Shown one piece after another: positions 22,501-30,694 of a DNA stretch of 64,000 nucleotides; position 1 is the stretch's first letter; every line of letters begins with the position of its first letter. The position numbers and the translations under genes are program-made. The notes beneath the pieces are model-generated. The model was not told where the DNA came from, searched no databases, and saw only the letters and a program-made list of their open reading frames with translations. The stretch is from Magnetococcales bacterium (lineage in GTDB: Bacteria > Pseudomonadota > Magnetococcia > Magnetococcales > JADGCL01). The stretch covers positions 6,314-70,313 of the forward strand of contig JADGCL010000004.1 of assembly GCA_015229005.1 (NCBI GenBank), in the 5' to 3' direction.

Positions 22501-23024
22501 AGCTGTTCGAGTTTGTGGATCTGTTCCGAGAGGGTTTCGCTGAGCTTTTGGAAGGTGGCCTCGTCGGCGGTTGTCGGGGCTGTCGGGGGTTTGAGGAGGC
22601 CGATTTCCCTTTCCAGGCTGTCGAGTTCCCGGTCCAGACGCTCCCCTTCGGCGATTTCCCTGGCGATGGCCTCGCGTCGGGGCAGGGCCAACTCCAGTTC
22701 CTGCAAGAGCCCGAGTCGTTTTTTCAAGGCGGTTCGCCATTGTCCGTCCGGGCTCTCGTCGGTGGCCTCCGCCGGGATGGCCTCAAGCTCTTTGTTGAGC
22801 AATTCCATGATGGACTGAATGGCGGCCAGATCGAGCTGTTTCTCTTTCCAGACCTCGGAGAGGAGGGTCACTGCCCCGGGTTTGGGAGCCTTGGTGGTCC
22901 CGGCGGTCGTCGCCGGGTTGGGAGCGGCTGCCCAAAGAATCCCGAACGGGTTGGGAGCGATGGCCCAGGCGACCCCGATGAGGAGGATGATGCCAAGACG
23001 GAGGATATTTCGGCAAAACGGCAT
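19536..23024 (-). CDS. MscK/KefA-like mechanosensitive channel (MscS family with long periplasmic coiled-coil domain)
   Basis: 1162 aa. Signal peptide, about 500 aa of coiled-coil, multiple TM helices, and the MscS core (GDIITVGSINGEVTRVNIRATTVVNWDLQEILIPN). Confidence 0.9.
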   Translation of the reverse strand: MPFCRNILRLGIILLIGVAWAIAPNPFGILWAAAPNPATTAGTTKAPKPGAVTLLSEVWKEKQLDLAAIQSIMELLNKELEAIPAEATDESPDGQWRTALKKRLGLLQELELALPRREAIAREIAEGERLDRELDSLEREIGLLKPPTAPTTADEATFQKLSETLSEQIHKLEQLDAERKTRRQLLEQIPDRILKTKEQRKLAEEELPGLEKLLASATGTLKRVAATRIANVDLLRRVTDEQVALWTDEQNYEKLFAPRRDRRLDLESERRDWLEANFRLYRLALAGSLETVIAERTRELAAKETAEAAALSPRDRFQARLETEQARADWNIARLTRLKTHIAAEAGEQERRLKIERDELKNLQELVNTTGIQGPSVALLKSTFRVIGKRRLDLEVAIPQSIPDEIERFQARRVEIDLILSALRTTYRQQLDRLALSLTREEQPAFLRRAEKQLETSRQRLTDEKRLAFDLMVEYQRLDLLPRERRNLLDELERFVLSKVFWIQDAEPFGLNLLATLRGELLDQGKTKSLLNTVRNLLRPEAWKPFTTNLEDPWSRALLGFGAMAALGLLIRTRQRLHQLATHLSPRESARTSGLEQTRLLLLEATAISLLPLGLLLAIPPLLYLDPPQELLRILLPTLFHIALFLWLYRLNRILLLPGGHAETLFAMPRDLAATLRRGISTALFAFVVFLLPWSIFDDPAFEFEALPRIGSILFEVTCGWAIYGVIRPSSPLIAHTFRPSHASLSSHTVAEPAPNRLAGHWPLINRAILLFMAVVIAMDVMGYRFGAIHLAENGLLTLATIFGLVGLYRILARIAAVWIQLHGPEITPSTGDSSRVDRTRVEIETRKLLKLVLTLTGLWLLVSYWNVDEQLVEALGKVTLYSVPGEEGKIEFVTLSHISHTTITILFTFWFVHFLPSLFGLLLFSWWHPDRGVRYALITISRYGIVIVGLLVAASWMRLEPGKIGWVVAAISVGLGFGLQEIVANFVSGIILLMERPIRVGDIITVGSINGEVTRVNIRATTVVNWDLQEILIPNRDLITKEVTNWTLSNNQTRLLIAVGVAYGTDVDHVSEVLLELARAQPEVLKTPPPQVFFMKHGESSLDFELRIFLPHTQMRLELQDRMNKLINKRFLQEGIEMPFPQREIHLRGSIPQLDTGKGAR

Positions 23025-23479
23025 GGGCGGGCCTTTGAACCGGAGGGTGGTCGTCTGGGTGAATGAGAACGGCCTGGCCGGGGTTTTCCTCCACCGGGTC
23101 GTTGATAAAGTCCATCCATTTCAAAACGAAAATCGAAAAATAATACTCAAGAGTGGTTTTGGGGAGCCCGAGGGGGATGCTCCGCCTGCCCCTCGGCAGG
23201 GGTTCGGGGGCGAAGCCCCTGAAACAACAGGATGATACCTTTGCCTGTGTTTCCTCAACGGTTACCCCATCGTGGATGCAATGGATTACGTTGCCGTATT
23301 GGCCGGTGCAACCCGTTCTCCATGTGGCGTTATCGCACAGCCTGGTTGCCGGCTCAACCGGTGATGAGGCGGCACTTCCCTTGGGGGGCGACAGAAGGTC
23401 CCGAAGGCAGGCAGCGTTCCTTTCCTGGCGGAGTCAAATCCGGGATGGAATTTCTGGACATGAAGGTCCGGCAACATAT

Positions 23480-24240
23480 TTTAAGTAAATTTTTATTTCA
23501 TAAAATATATCAAAGAGCATTGATATTTATTTGATTTGGCGTATTTTTTTCTGATCCTATGGTTAGTTGCATTTTTCATGCTTGATTATTTTTATGGTGA
23601 TGTGATAGCATCGGGGGCTACGCGGCAGGATGATTTCTTGACCGCTTCAAGCGTAGGTCTAGCTTTTTAGCAAGTGATTCGCTGAAGAATCTTGATTTTG
23701 TCAGTATCGCAACTATTTGTTGCGTTTCGGATTTTATTTAAGATTCCCGTAATGGTTTGTGTCCTGCAGGTTTATGGCTGTTCGATAGTTTTTATTGTTT
23801 CACCTGGTATTGCAATTACCGGGAATGGGAATGTTGGAAAAATGTTATTGGAAATAATAATGTTATTATTGAAGGCGACGGCGCACAAACTGATAAAGTA
23901 AGATATATTGGTGAAAAGATTGATTTTATTGAAAAAAAGGAAAATGAGAGAGTTCAAATTAGTGCATCAGGAAAATCCCCGTTTCGGTTTTTCTTTCGAT
24001 TACCCTGAGGGATGGGAACGCTTTGATCCTACTAATCTTGATGGCAATAAATATTTGACCCAACAAATCGTAATGCTGAAGTGATCTTTTCGGCATCTTA
24101 TGCTGTTTTGCATGGATTTGTATAATGAACTATGGGTAAGGCTTATTCAGTCTTATAGAATATTAGAACAAATTGCATACAAAATTTATAGGGGTTGACG
24201 ATACAGATAACGAGGTATCTACTTCTGCCATTCTTATGGT
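23480..24240. other. AT-rich island (roughly half the GC of its flanks) with no intact gene
   Basis: Abrupt compositional drop visible by eye (runs such as taaatttttatttcataaaatatatcaaag). Only short, mutually overlapping ORFs. Boundaries are approximate. Confidence 0.75.
23757..24125 (+). pseudogene. decayed AT-rich gene of unknown family, needing at least two frame changes to read through
   Basis: Three protein-like pieces lie in three frames: NVIGNNNVIIEGDGAQTDKVRYIGEKIDFIEKKE, MREFKLVHQENPRFGFSFDYPEGWERFDPTNLDG, and FDPTNRNAEVIFSASYAVLHGFV. The first junction is at an A7 run (23931-23937). The second is at a 32-nt-offset duplicate of the FDPTN codons (24022 vs 24054), which differ only at third codon positions. 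Confidence 0.35.
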
Positions 24241-24426
24241 ATTTCCGCAATAGTTTCGTGGCCTGACGCACGTTCCGTCCCGAGCATCTGCAACCTCAGC
24301 CGTTCTTCCGCATACCCATTCCTGTGCCGGTCTGGCCTCCTCGGGTGTCATGGGTGTTCCTGGGGGGTGTCGAAGAGCGGTATACTGCCCGGCGAAGGGT
24401 GATGATCCGCAGCGGGAGAGTGGGCT

Positions 24427-24998
24427 ATGTCCGAGACCGTGACGTTCGATGATGTCTGGAGGATGTTTCAGGAGACGAGTGCGCAGATGCGGGAGACGGA
24501 CCGTAAACTTCAGGAGACGGACCGCAAGTTTCAGGAGACGGACCGCAAGATCAAAGAGGTTTCCGCGCAGATAGGCCGATTGGGTGGACGCGCTGGGGGG
24601 AATTTTTGGAGGATCTGGTCGCCCCGGTCTGTGAGACGCTGTTTGCCGAACGCGGTATTCCGGTCCACAAGGTGAGCCGACGGGTGCAGGCCAGATTGTC
24701 GGGTAACCGCCACATGGAGATCGACCTTCTGGTGGTGAATACGGATGCCGTTGTCCTGGTGGAGGTCAAGAGCCGGTTGACGGAGGGGGACGTGCGGGAG
24801 CACCTGACCCGGTTGGCGGAGTTCAGGGATTTATTCCCGGAATACGCCGACAAACGCATCATGGGTGCCGTGTCCGGGATTGTGATCGAGGGGAATGTGG
24901 AACGCTTTGCCATGAACGCGGGGCTCTTCGTGATGATCCAGTCGGGCGAGTTCATGCAGTTTGCCAACGAGCCCACGTTCCAGCCTCACGTCTGGTAG
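24427..24998 (+). pseudogene. coiled-coil + PD-(D/E)XK-like (DUF3782-type) protein, interrupted by a frameshift in a G6 tract
   Basis: ORF 24427-24675 (..QIGRLGGRAGG) and ORF 24606-24998 (EFLEDLVAPVCETLF..MEIDLLVVNTDAVVLVEVKS) together form one recognisable protein. One extra G in the run at 24595-24600 would fuse them as ..GRAGGEFLEDLV... Confidence 0.75.
24493..24555 (+). repeat. 21-bp tandem repeat x3 (ETDRKxQ heptads) inside the frameshifted gene
   Basis: gagacggaccgtaaacttcag / gagacggaccgcaagtttcag / gagacggaccgcaagatcaaa. Confidence 0.85.
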
Positions 24999-25297
24999 CG
25001 CCGGGTATAACTTTCAAGGCAGGTTCTCTCCCCGCCTCGCTTCCTGTCGTCCTTCCTGTCGCACCAACTGTGTCCAAGTAAAGGAGCCCCCTGGATTCGG
25101 GTGGCCTGAGTCGTTCAGGGGTGGTTTCGGGTCAACCGTTGACGGTCGGGAGGGTGTGGGTGACAATCGCCGGGGTGGGACGGCGCGGTTTTTTTCTGGT
25201 CTGCGAGGACCGGTTGCCGGTTGCCCTCGTTTACCGATTCCAATGGGTGATATCGCCGTGGCTGTGGCTTTGGTTCCGTGCCGGGTTTGCCGCTGAG

Positions 25298-26125
25298 ATG
25301 GTGGCCGGCCCGCGCCTCCTGAATATTGAGCTGACGGCCCGCTGTCAGTTGCGCTGTGCCTTCTGTCCTACCCAGACCGATCCGCTCTACAAGGCCCGAA
25401 ATCACTCGGGGGATATGCCGCTGGCGCTGGTGCGGAAGATCCTGGGTGAGTTGTCGTACCCGGTGGAGATCAGTTTCCACAAGGATGGTGAGCCCCTGCT
25501 TTATCCGTATCTTGCTGATGCGCTGCGGGAATCCTCCCGGTTTTTCACCCATTTCTGTACCAACGGCCTTCTCCTCGCCCGGCGGGCGGAGCGGATCCTG
25601 GGGTGGGTCGATCTGGTGACCCTCTCCGTGGTCGAGGAGAGTCCCGAGCAAGTGGCCGCGGTGCGGGCCTTTCTGGACCGGCTCGGTTCCTGGGCTGGGT
25701 CAGGGGGGGGGAAGAAGACCCGCCTCAACATCAAAACCTTTTCCCCGGCGATGGAGGCTTATTGGCGCACCATCCATCCGGATGTCTTTCTCACCCCGGA
25801 GCACAACTGGGGAGATTGGAAGAAGCCCTGGGGCGGCGCCTCCGCAGAGGAAGAACGGTTGCGGCAATGCCCGCAATTGGTCGACAAGATGGCGGTCAAC
25901 TACGACGGGAGTGTCAGTGCCTGCTGTCTCGATTTTCGCCACCAGGCTTTGATCGGTGATGTGCGCCACCAGACCATCGCCGAGATTTGGAACGGCGAAC
26001 CTCTGGCGAAACTGCGAGGGCTCATCGCCGAGGGTCGCTCCAGAGAGACCGCCATCTGCGGCCAATGCCAGTTTCTTCTTCGCCCTCCGGACGCCCAGGG
26101 TCAAATTACGGGGAAGTCCGGGTGA
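25298..26125 (+). CDS. radical SAM enzyme with C-terminal SPASM/twitch-like Cys cluster
   Basis: CX3CX2C (CQLRCAFC) near the N-terminus and C-terminal CCLDF...ICGQCQF. ATG at 25298 chosen; the ORF opens at 25121, so the start is uncertain. Confidence 0.8.
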   Translation: MVAGPRLLNIELTARCQLRCAFCPTQTDPLYKARNHSGDMPLALVRKILGELSYPVEISFHKDGEPLLYPYLADALRESSRFFTHFCTNGLLLARRAERILGWVDLVTLSVVEESPEQVAAVRAFLDRLGSWAGSGGGKKTRLNIKTFSPAMEAYWRTIHPDVFLTPEHNWGDWKKPWGGASAEEERLRQCPQLVDKMAVNYDGSVSACCLDFRHQALIGDVRHQTIAEIWNGEPLAKLRGLIAEGRSRETAICGQCQFLLRPPDAQGQITGKSG

Positions 26126-26254
26126 CCAAACTCCTTGCGCTGCCCTGTAATTTATTCGAGGGGCGGGGACCTGGTCATTTCGGCACAAGGGGGCCTGTGC
26201 CTCCGGGGGCATGATTTTCCGGCGATGGCTGAAGTTCGGGTGAGGAGATTTCGC

Positions 26255-26581
26255 ATGAGAGGCTATGTCATCACCTTCTTCACCCAACAGGATCGGAGAC
26301 ATCGGGGCGAGTTGCTGGGCGAATGGATGGTCAATCTGGCGCGGGAGATGGGGCTTCCGGGGGCGACCTTGATCGCGGGCAGCATGGGTTATGGTCATCA
26401 CCGCCGCATTCACTCGTCCCACTTCTTCTTCGAACTGGCCGACCAGCCCCAGGAGATCCAAATGGCGGTCAGCGAAGAGGGCGCCGAGCGTCTGTTCGAG
26501 CGATTGCGGCAGGAGGAGGTGCATGTCTTCTTCATCAAGACCCCTGTCGAGTACGGTACCCTGGGCGAGGCCGAGTCGTGA
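26255..26581 (+). CDS. DUF190 (PII-like, UPF0166) protein
   Basis: ATG at 26255 after GGTGAGGAG. MRGYVITFFTQQDRRHRGELLGEWMVNLAREMGLPGATLIAGSMGYG is typical of DUF190. Confidence 0.75.
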   Translation: MRGYVITFFTQQDRRHRGELLGEWMVNLAREMGLPGATLIAGSMGYGHHRRIHSSHFFFELADQPQEIQMAVSEEGAERLFERLRQEEVHVFFIKTPVEYGTLGEAES

Positions 26582-26621
26582 GCTGGGCTTTTCCTCCCGG
26601 CTGTACTCTCGCAGCCTGAGA

Positions 26622-26663
26622 GCCTGTCGCGGAACGGCCACGGATGGCCATTCTGCGACAGGC
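26622..26663 (+). terminator. perfect 9-bp-stem hairpin after the DUF190 gene (no U tract)
   Basis: GCCTGTCGC ... GCGACAGGC, with a nested GGCCA-cgga-TGGCC in the loop. 41 nt past the stop codon. Confidence 0.3.
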
Positions 26664-26714
26664 TCTTGAGAAATAATGAATCGAAAAGTCATCGCCGTGA
26701 TTTTCTTGTCATTC

Positions 26715-26728
26715 TTGACCGTGGTCAA
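26715..26728. promoter_or_regulatory. FNR/Dnr/NnrR-type palindromic box upstream of norC
   Basis: TTGAC-cgtg-GTCAA, a perfect inverted repeat. If centred at -41.5, it places GACAAT (26751-26756) at the -10 position. Lies 176 nt upstream of the norC ATG. Confidence 0.5.
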
Positions 26729-26903
26729 TGAGCTTTTCCGCCTTTTCGATGACAATCCCGCCAGTGCAATGTGCAGGGCTGCCCCTGTTTCCGGGGATTC
26801 CTTGATCGAACCGCAGGGGATCTGAGTCACCGCTGTTTGGGAATGTCCGGGCGTGGGGCACGCCCGCCAACCATCCACATCACAGGGCAAGGGATATGCG
26901 GTC

Positions 26904-27329
26904 ATGAAAGAACGATTCACCGTCGGGATGGCGAGAAACATCTTTTATGGAGGGGGGGTATTTTTCTTCCTTGTCTTTGTCGGGCTCAGTTTCGGCACCG
27001 TTCGGGATCTGCCGAAACGGGACAACAGCCAGAATTTGACTCCCCAGGTGGCCATGGGGAAGAAAGTTTGGGAAGAGAACAACTGCATCGGCTGCCATTC
27101 ACTTCTGGGAGAAGGGGCCTACTTTGCCCCGGAACTGGGCAACGTCTACCTCAGACGCGGCCCCGATTTCATCAAGTCCTGGATCCAAAGCCAGCCGACG
27201 GAGGTCGCCGGACGCCGGCAGATGCCGCAATTCAATCTCAGCGAGGCCGAACTCGATGCGGTGGTGGCCTTTCTCAAGTACACCTCGGGGATCGATACCG
27301 CCAATTGGCCACCGAACATCGAAGGGTGA
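26904..27329 (+). CDS. norC: nitric oxide reductase subunit C (mono-haem cytochrome c)
   Basis: ATG at 26904 (MKERFTVGMARNIFYGGGVFFF), single TM, CIGCH haem motif. Directly precedes norB. Confidence 0.92.
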   Translation: MKERFTVGMARNIFYGGGVFFFLVFVGLSFGTVRDLPKRDNSQNLTPQVAMGKKVWEENNCIGCHSLLGEGAYFAPELGNVYLRRGPDFIKSWIQSQPTEVAGRRQMPQFNLSEAELDAVVAFLKYTSGIDTANWPPNIEG

Positions 27330-27338
27330 GGAGACTGA

Positions 27339-28718
<1,380 letters not shown>

Positions 28719-28797
28719 TTTCCGGTCCTCCGGTCGGGAGGGGGAGGATTTCCCCCTTCCTGACCAGGCACCGGTTCCCGGGATCGGGGATTTTGCC

Positions 28798-29727
28798 ATG
28801 GATGCTGCTCTTTTTCCCTCTCCGTCGGGTTTGTCTGCCCTTTCGGCAGGTTTCCCTTCTTCCCCGGTGGGTTCGCCTGCCCCTTCGGCAGGTTTTTCTT
28901 CTCCCCGGGAGGGTTTTTCTTCGGCGGATCCGTCCGGGGTTTTCGACGGTGCGGCCCCCTTCTATCAGCCGGTCGGCCAGGAGGTACTCCTCTTTGAACA
29001 TGCTTGGCGGAATCGTTTGCCCCTCCTGATCAAGGGGCCTACGGGGTGCGGCAAGACCCGATTCATCCGTCACATGGCCCATCGTTTGGGGCGCCCTCTC
29101 TTCACCGTTGCTTGTCACGATGATCTCACGGCGGCTGATCTTGTCGGGCGTCATCTCATTGGTCGGGAGGGAGCCTGGTGGTCGGATGGCCCCCTGACCC
29201 GTGCCGTGCGTGAGGGGGGAATCTGCTATCTCGATGAGGTGGTGGAGGTGCGCAAGGATACGACGGTCATCCTGCACCCTTTGGCCGACGATCGTCGGGA
29301 ATTGCCCATCGATCGGACCGGAGAGATCCTTCGGGCGCCTCCCGAGTTCATGCTGGTGGTCTCCTTCAACCCCGGTTACCAGAATCTGCTCAAGGGGATG
29401 AAGCCCAGCACCCGCCAGCGATTCGTCTCCCTTCGCTTCGATTTTCCGCCGCCCGAGGTCGAGGCGGCCATATTGCAGCGGGAGTGCGGCATCGACCCGC
29501 TCCTGGCCAAGCGTCTGGTGCGGTTGGGGAACGGCCTGCGCGGGCTGAAAGATCTCGATCTGGAGGAGGGGGCGGGGACGCGCCTGCTGGTCCATGCCGC
29601 CACCTTGATCCTGGGACGGCTCGATCCGGTGGAGGCGTGTCGGGCGGCCATCGCCGAGGCCCTGAGCGACGATCCGGAGACGGTTGCCGCCATGGTCGAG
29701 GCGATCCATGCCACCTTCGGTCGCTGA
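28798..29727 (+). CDS. norQ: NorQ/NirQ/CbbQ-family MoxR-type AAA+ ATPase
   Basis: FYQPVGQEVLLFEHAWRNRLPLLIKGPTGCGKTRF, then Walker B ICYLDEVVE. The 45-aa N-terminal Ser/Pro-rich lead makes the start uncertain (ATG 28798, TTG 28831 or GTG 28866). Confidence 0.88.
   Translation: MDAALFPSPSGLSALSAGFPSSPVGSPAPSAGFSSPREGFSSADPSGVFDGAAPFYQPVGQEVLLFEHAWRNRLPLLIKGPTGCGKTRFIRHMAHRLGRPLFTVACHDDLTAADLVGRHLIGREGAWWSDGPLTRAVREGGICYLDEVVEVRKDTTVILHPLADDRRELPIDRTGEILRAPPEFMLVVSFNPGYQNLLKGMKPSTRQRFVSLRFDFPPPEVEAAILQRECGIDPLLAKRLVRLGNGLRGLKDLDLEEGAGTRLLVHAATLILGRLDPVEACRAAIAEALSDDPETVAAMVEAIHATFGR
28835..28918 (+). repeat. 42-bp tandem repeat x2, each carrying a CTGCC-N5-GGCAG inverted repeat
   Basis: ctgccctttcggcaggttt at 28835 and ctgccccttcggcaggttt at 28877. 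Encodes SGLSALSAGFPSSP / VGSPAPSAGFSSPR if translated. Confidence 0.7.
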
Positions 29728-30685
29728 GGGTGCGGTAGCCCCTCGGAGCGGAGGGGGGACGGTTCCGGGGCTTGAGCCGGCACCGTTGGTGCGCACGGCT
29801 CGGGAGAGGCGGTTACGCTTCGTGACCCAGACCGGATTCTTTCTCCTTTTCCTGGTGGCCCCGCCTTTGGATCTGTTTCGTCTCGACCTGGAGGCGGGGC
29901 ATTTCTTTTTCCTCGGGGTTCCCTGGACCCTGGGTTTCGATCCCTGGCTGGCCGGTGCGATTTCGACGGAGACGGCGGTGTTGCGCCTGGTTGTTCGCGG
30001 GTTTCTTCCCGTTCTCGGGGTGGTTGGGTTGTTTCTCTTTGTTTCCTGGCGATGGGGTCGGCTTTATTGCGGTTGGCTTTGCCCGCATTTTGCTGTGGTC
30101 GAGGTGATCAACGACCTCATGGAGGTGGCTCGTGGGGCGCCGACCCTTTGGGAATCCCCTGCCTCCCAGAGGCGGGGATCCCTGGTCGGGGCTCTCTTCC
30201 TGGGGGTTGGGGTGGCGGGCTTTGCCCTGGTCTGGGCGGTAGCGCTGCTCACCTATCTTCTTTCCCCGCTGGAGGTCTATGGCAATCTTCTGAACGGGAC
30301 CTTGACCCGCAACCAGGGTCTGTTCCTGGGGGTGGCGACACTGGTTCTGGCGCTTGACTTCGCCCTGGCGCGTCACCTTTTCTGTCGATTCGGCTGTGCG
30401 GTGGGATTTTTCCAGTCCCTGGCGTGGATGGCCAATCGCCGGGCCCTGGTGGTGGGGTTTGATCGCCGTTTGGCGGAGGCTTGTGTTTCCTGTCCGCAGG
30501 CGGCCTGTGAACGGGTTTGCCCGATGCGGCTGGTGCCTCGTGGCGGTCGCCGGCGCCTGGCGACCTGTACCCAGTGCAGCCGCTGTTTGCGTGCCTGCGC
30601 CTTGGTTCAGCCTCCGGGAAGGGAGCCGCCTCTGACCTGGCGGGTGGCGGGAGAGGGTTCGTCCCCCTCGCGATCAAAGGGGTGA
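29708..30685 (+). CDS. integral-membrane polyferredoxin (NapH/MauN/FixG-like 4Fe-4S protein)
   Basis: Four or more TM segments, with YCGWLCP and FCRFGC membrane-proximal motifs. C-terminal ferredoxin-type clusters CVSCPQAACERVCP and CTQCSRCLRAC. Start uncertain (ATG 29684 or 29708); both overlap the norQ 3' end. Confidence 0.75.
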   Translation: MPPSVAEGAVAPRSGGGTVPGLEPAPLVRTARERRLRFVTQTGFFLLFLVAPPLDLFRLDLEAGHFFFLGVPWTLGFDPWLAGAISTETAVLRLVVRGFLPVLGVVGLFLFVSWRWGRLYCGWLCPHFAVVEVINDLMEVARGAPTLWESPASQRRGSLVGALFLGVGVAGFALVWAVALLTYLLSPLEVYGNLLNGTLTRNQGLFLGVATLVLALDFALARHLFCRFGCAVGFFQSLAWMANRRALVVGFDRRLAEACVSCPQAACERVCPMRLVPRGGRRRLATCTQCSRCLRACALVQPPGREPPLTWRVAGEGSSPSRSKG

Positions 30686-30694
30686 GGGATCGTT

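Noticed and set aside
23280-23450. GC-rich structured-looking segment between the mscK-like gene and the AT-rich island, considered as a riboswitch (cobalamin-like GGTGCAA..CC) or other ncRNA
   Set aside because: Only a fragmentary resemblance. No B12 box, no downstream gene in the correct orientation, and I cannot fold it into a known consensus by eye.
24119-24126. TGTATAAT -10-like element inside the AT-rich island
   Set aside because: Such matches are expected by chance in DNA of about 30% GC. There is no good -35, and the TG is not at the extended -10 spacing.
23025-24426. Mobile element (IS, integrase or prophage remnant) associated with the AT-rich island
   Set aside because: No transposase- or integrase-like translation appears in any frame, and I could not identify terminal inverted repeats. 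Only compositional and pseudogene evidence remains, and it is reported as such.
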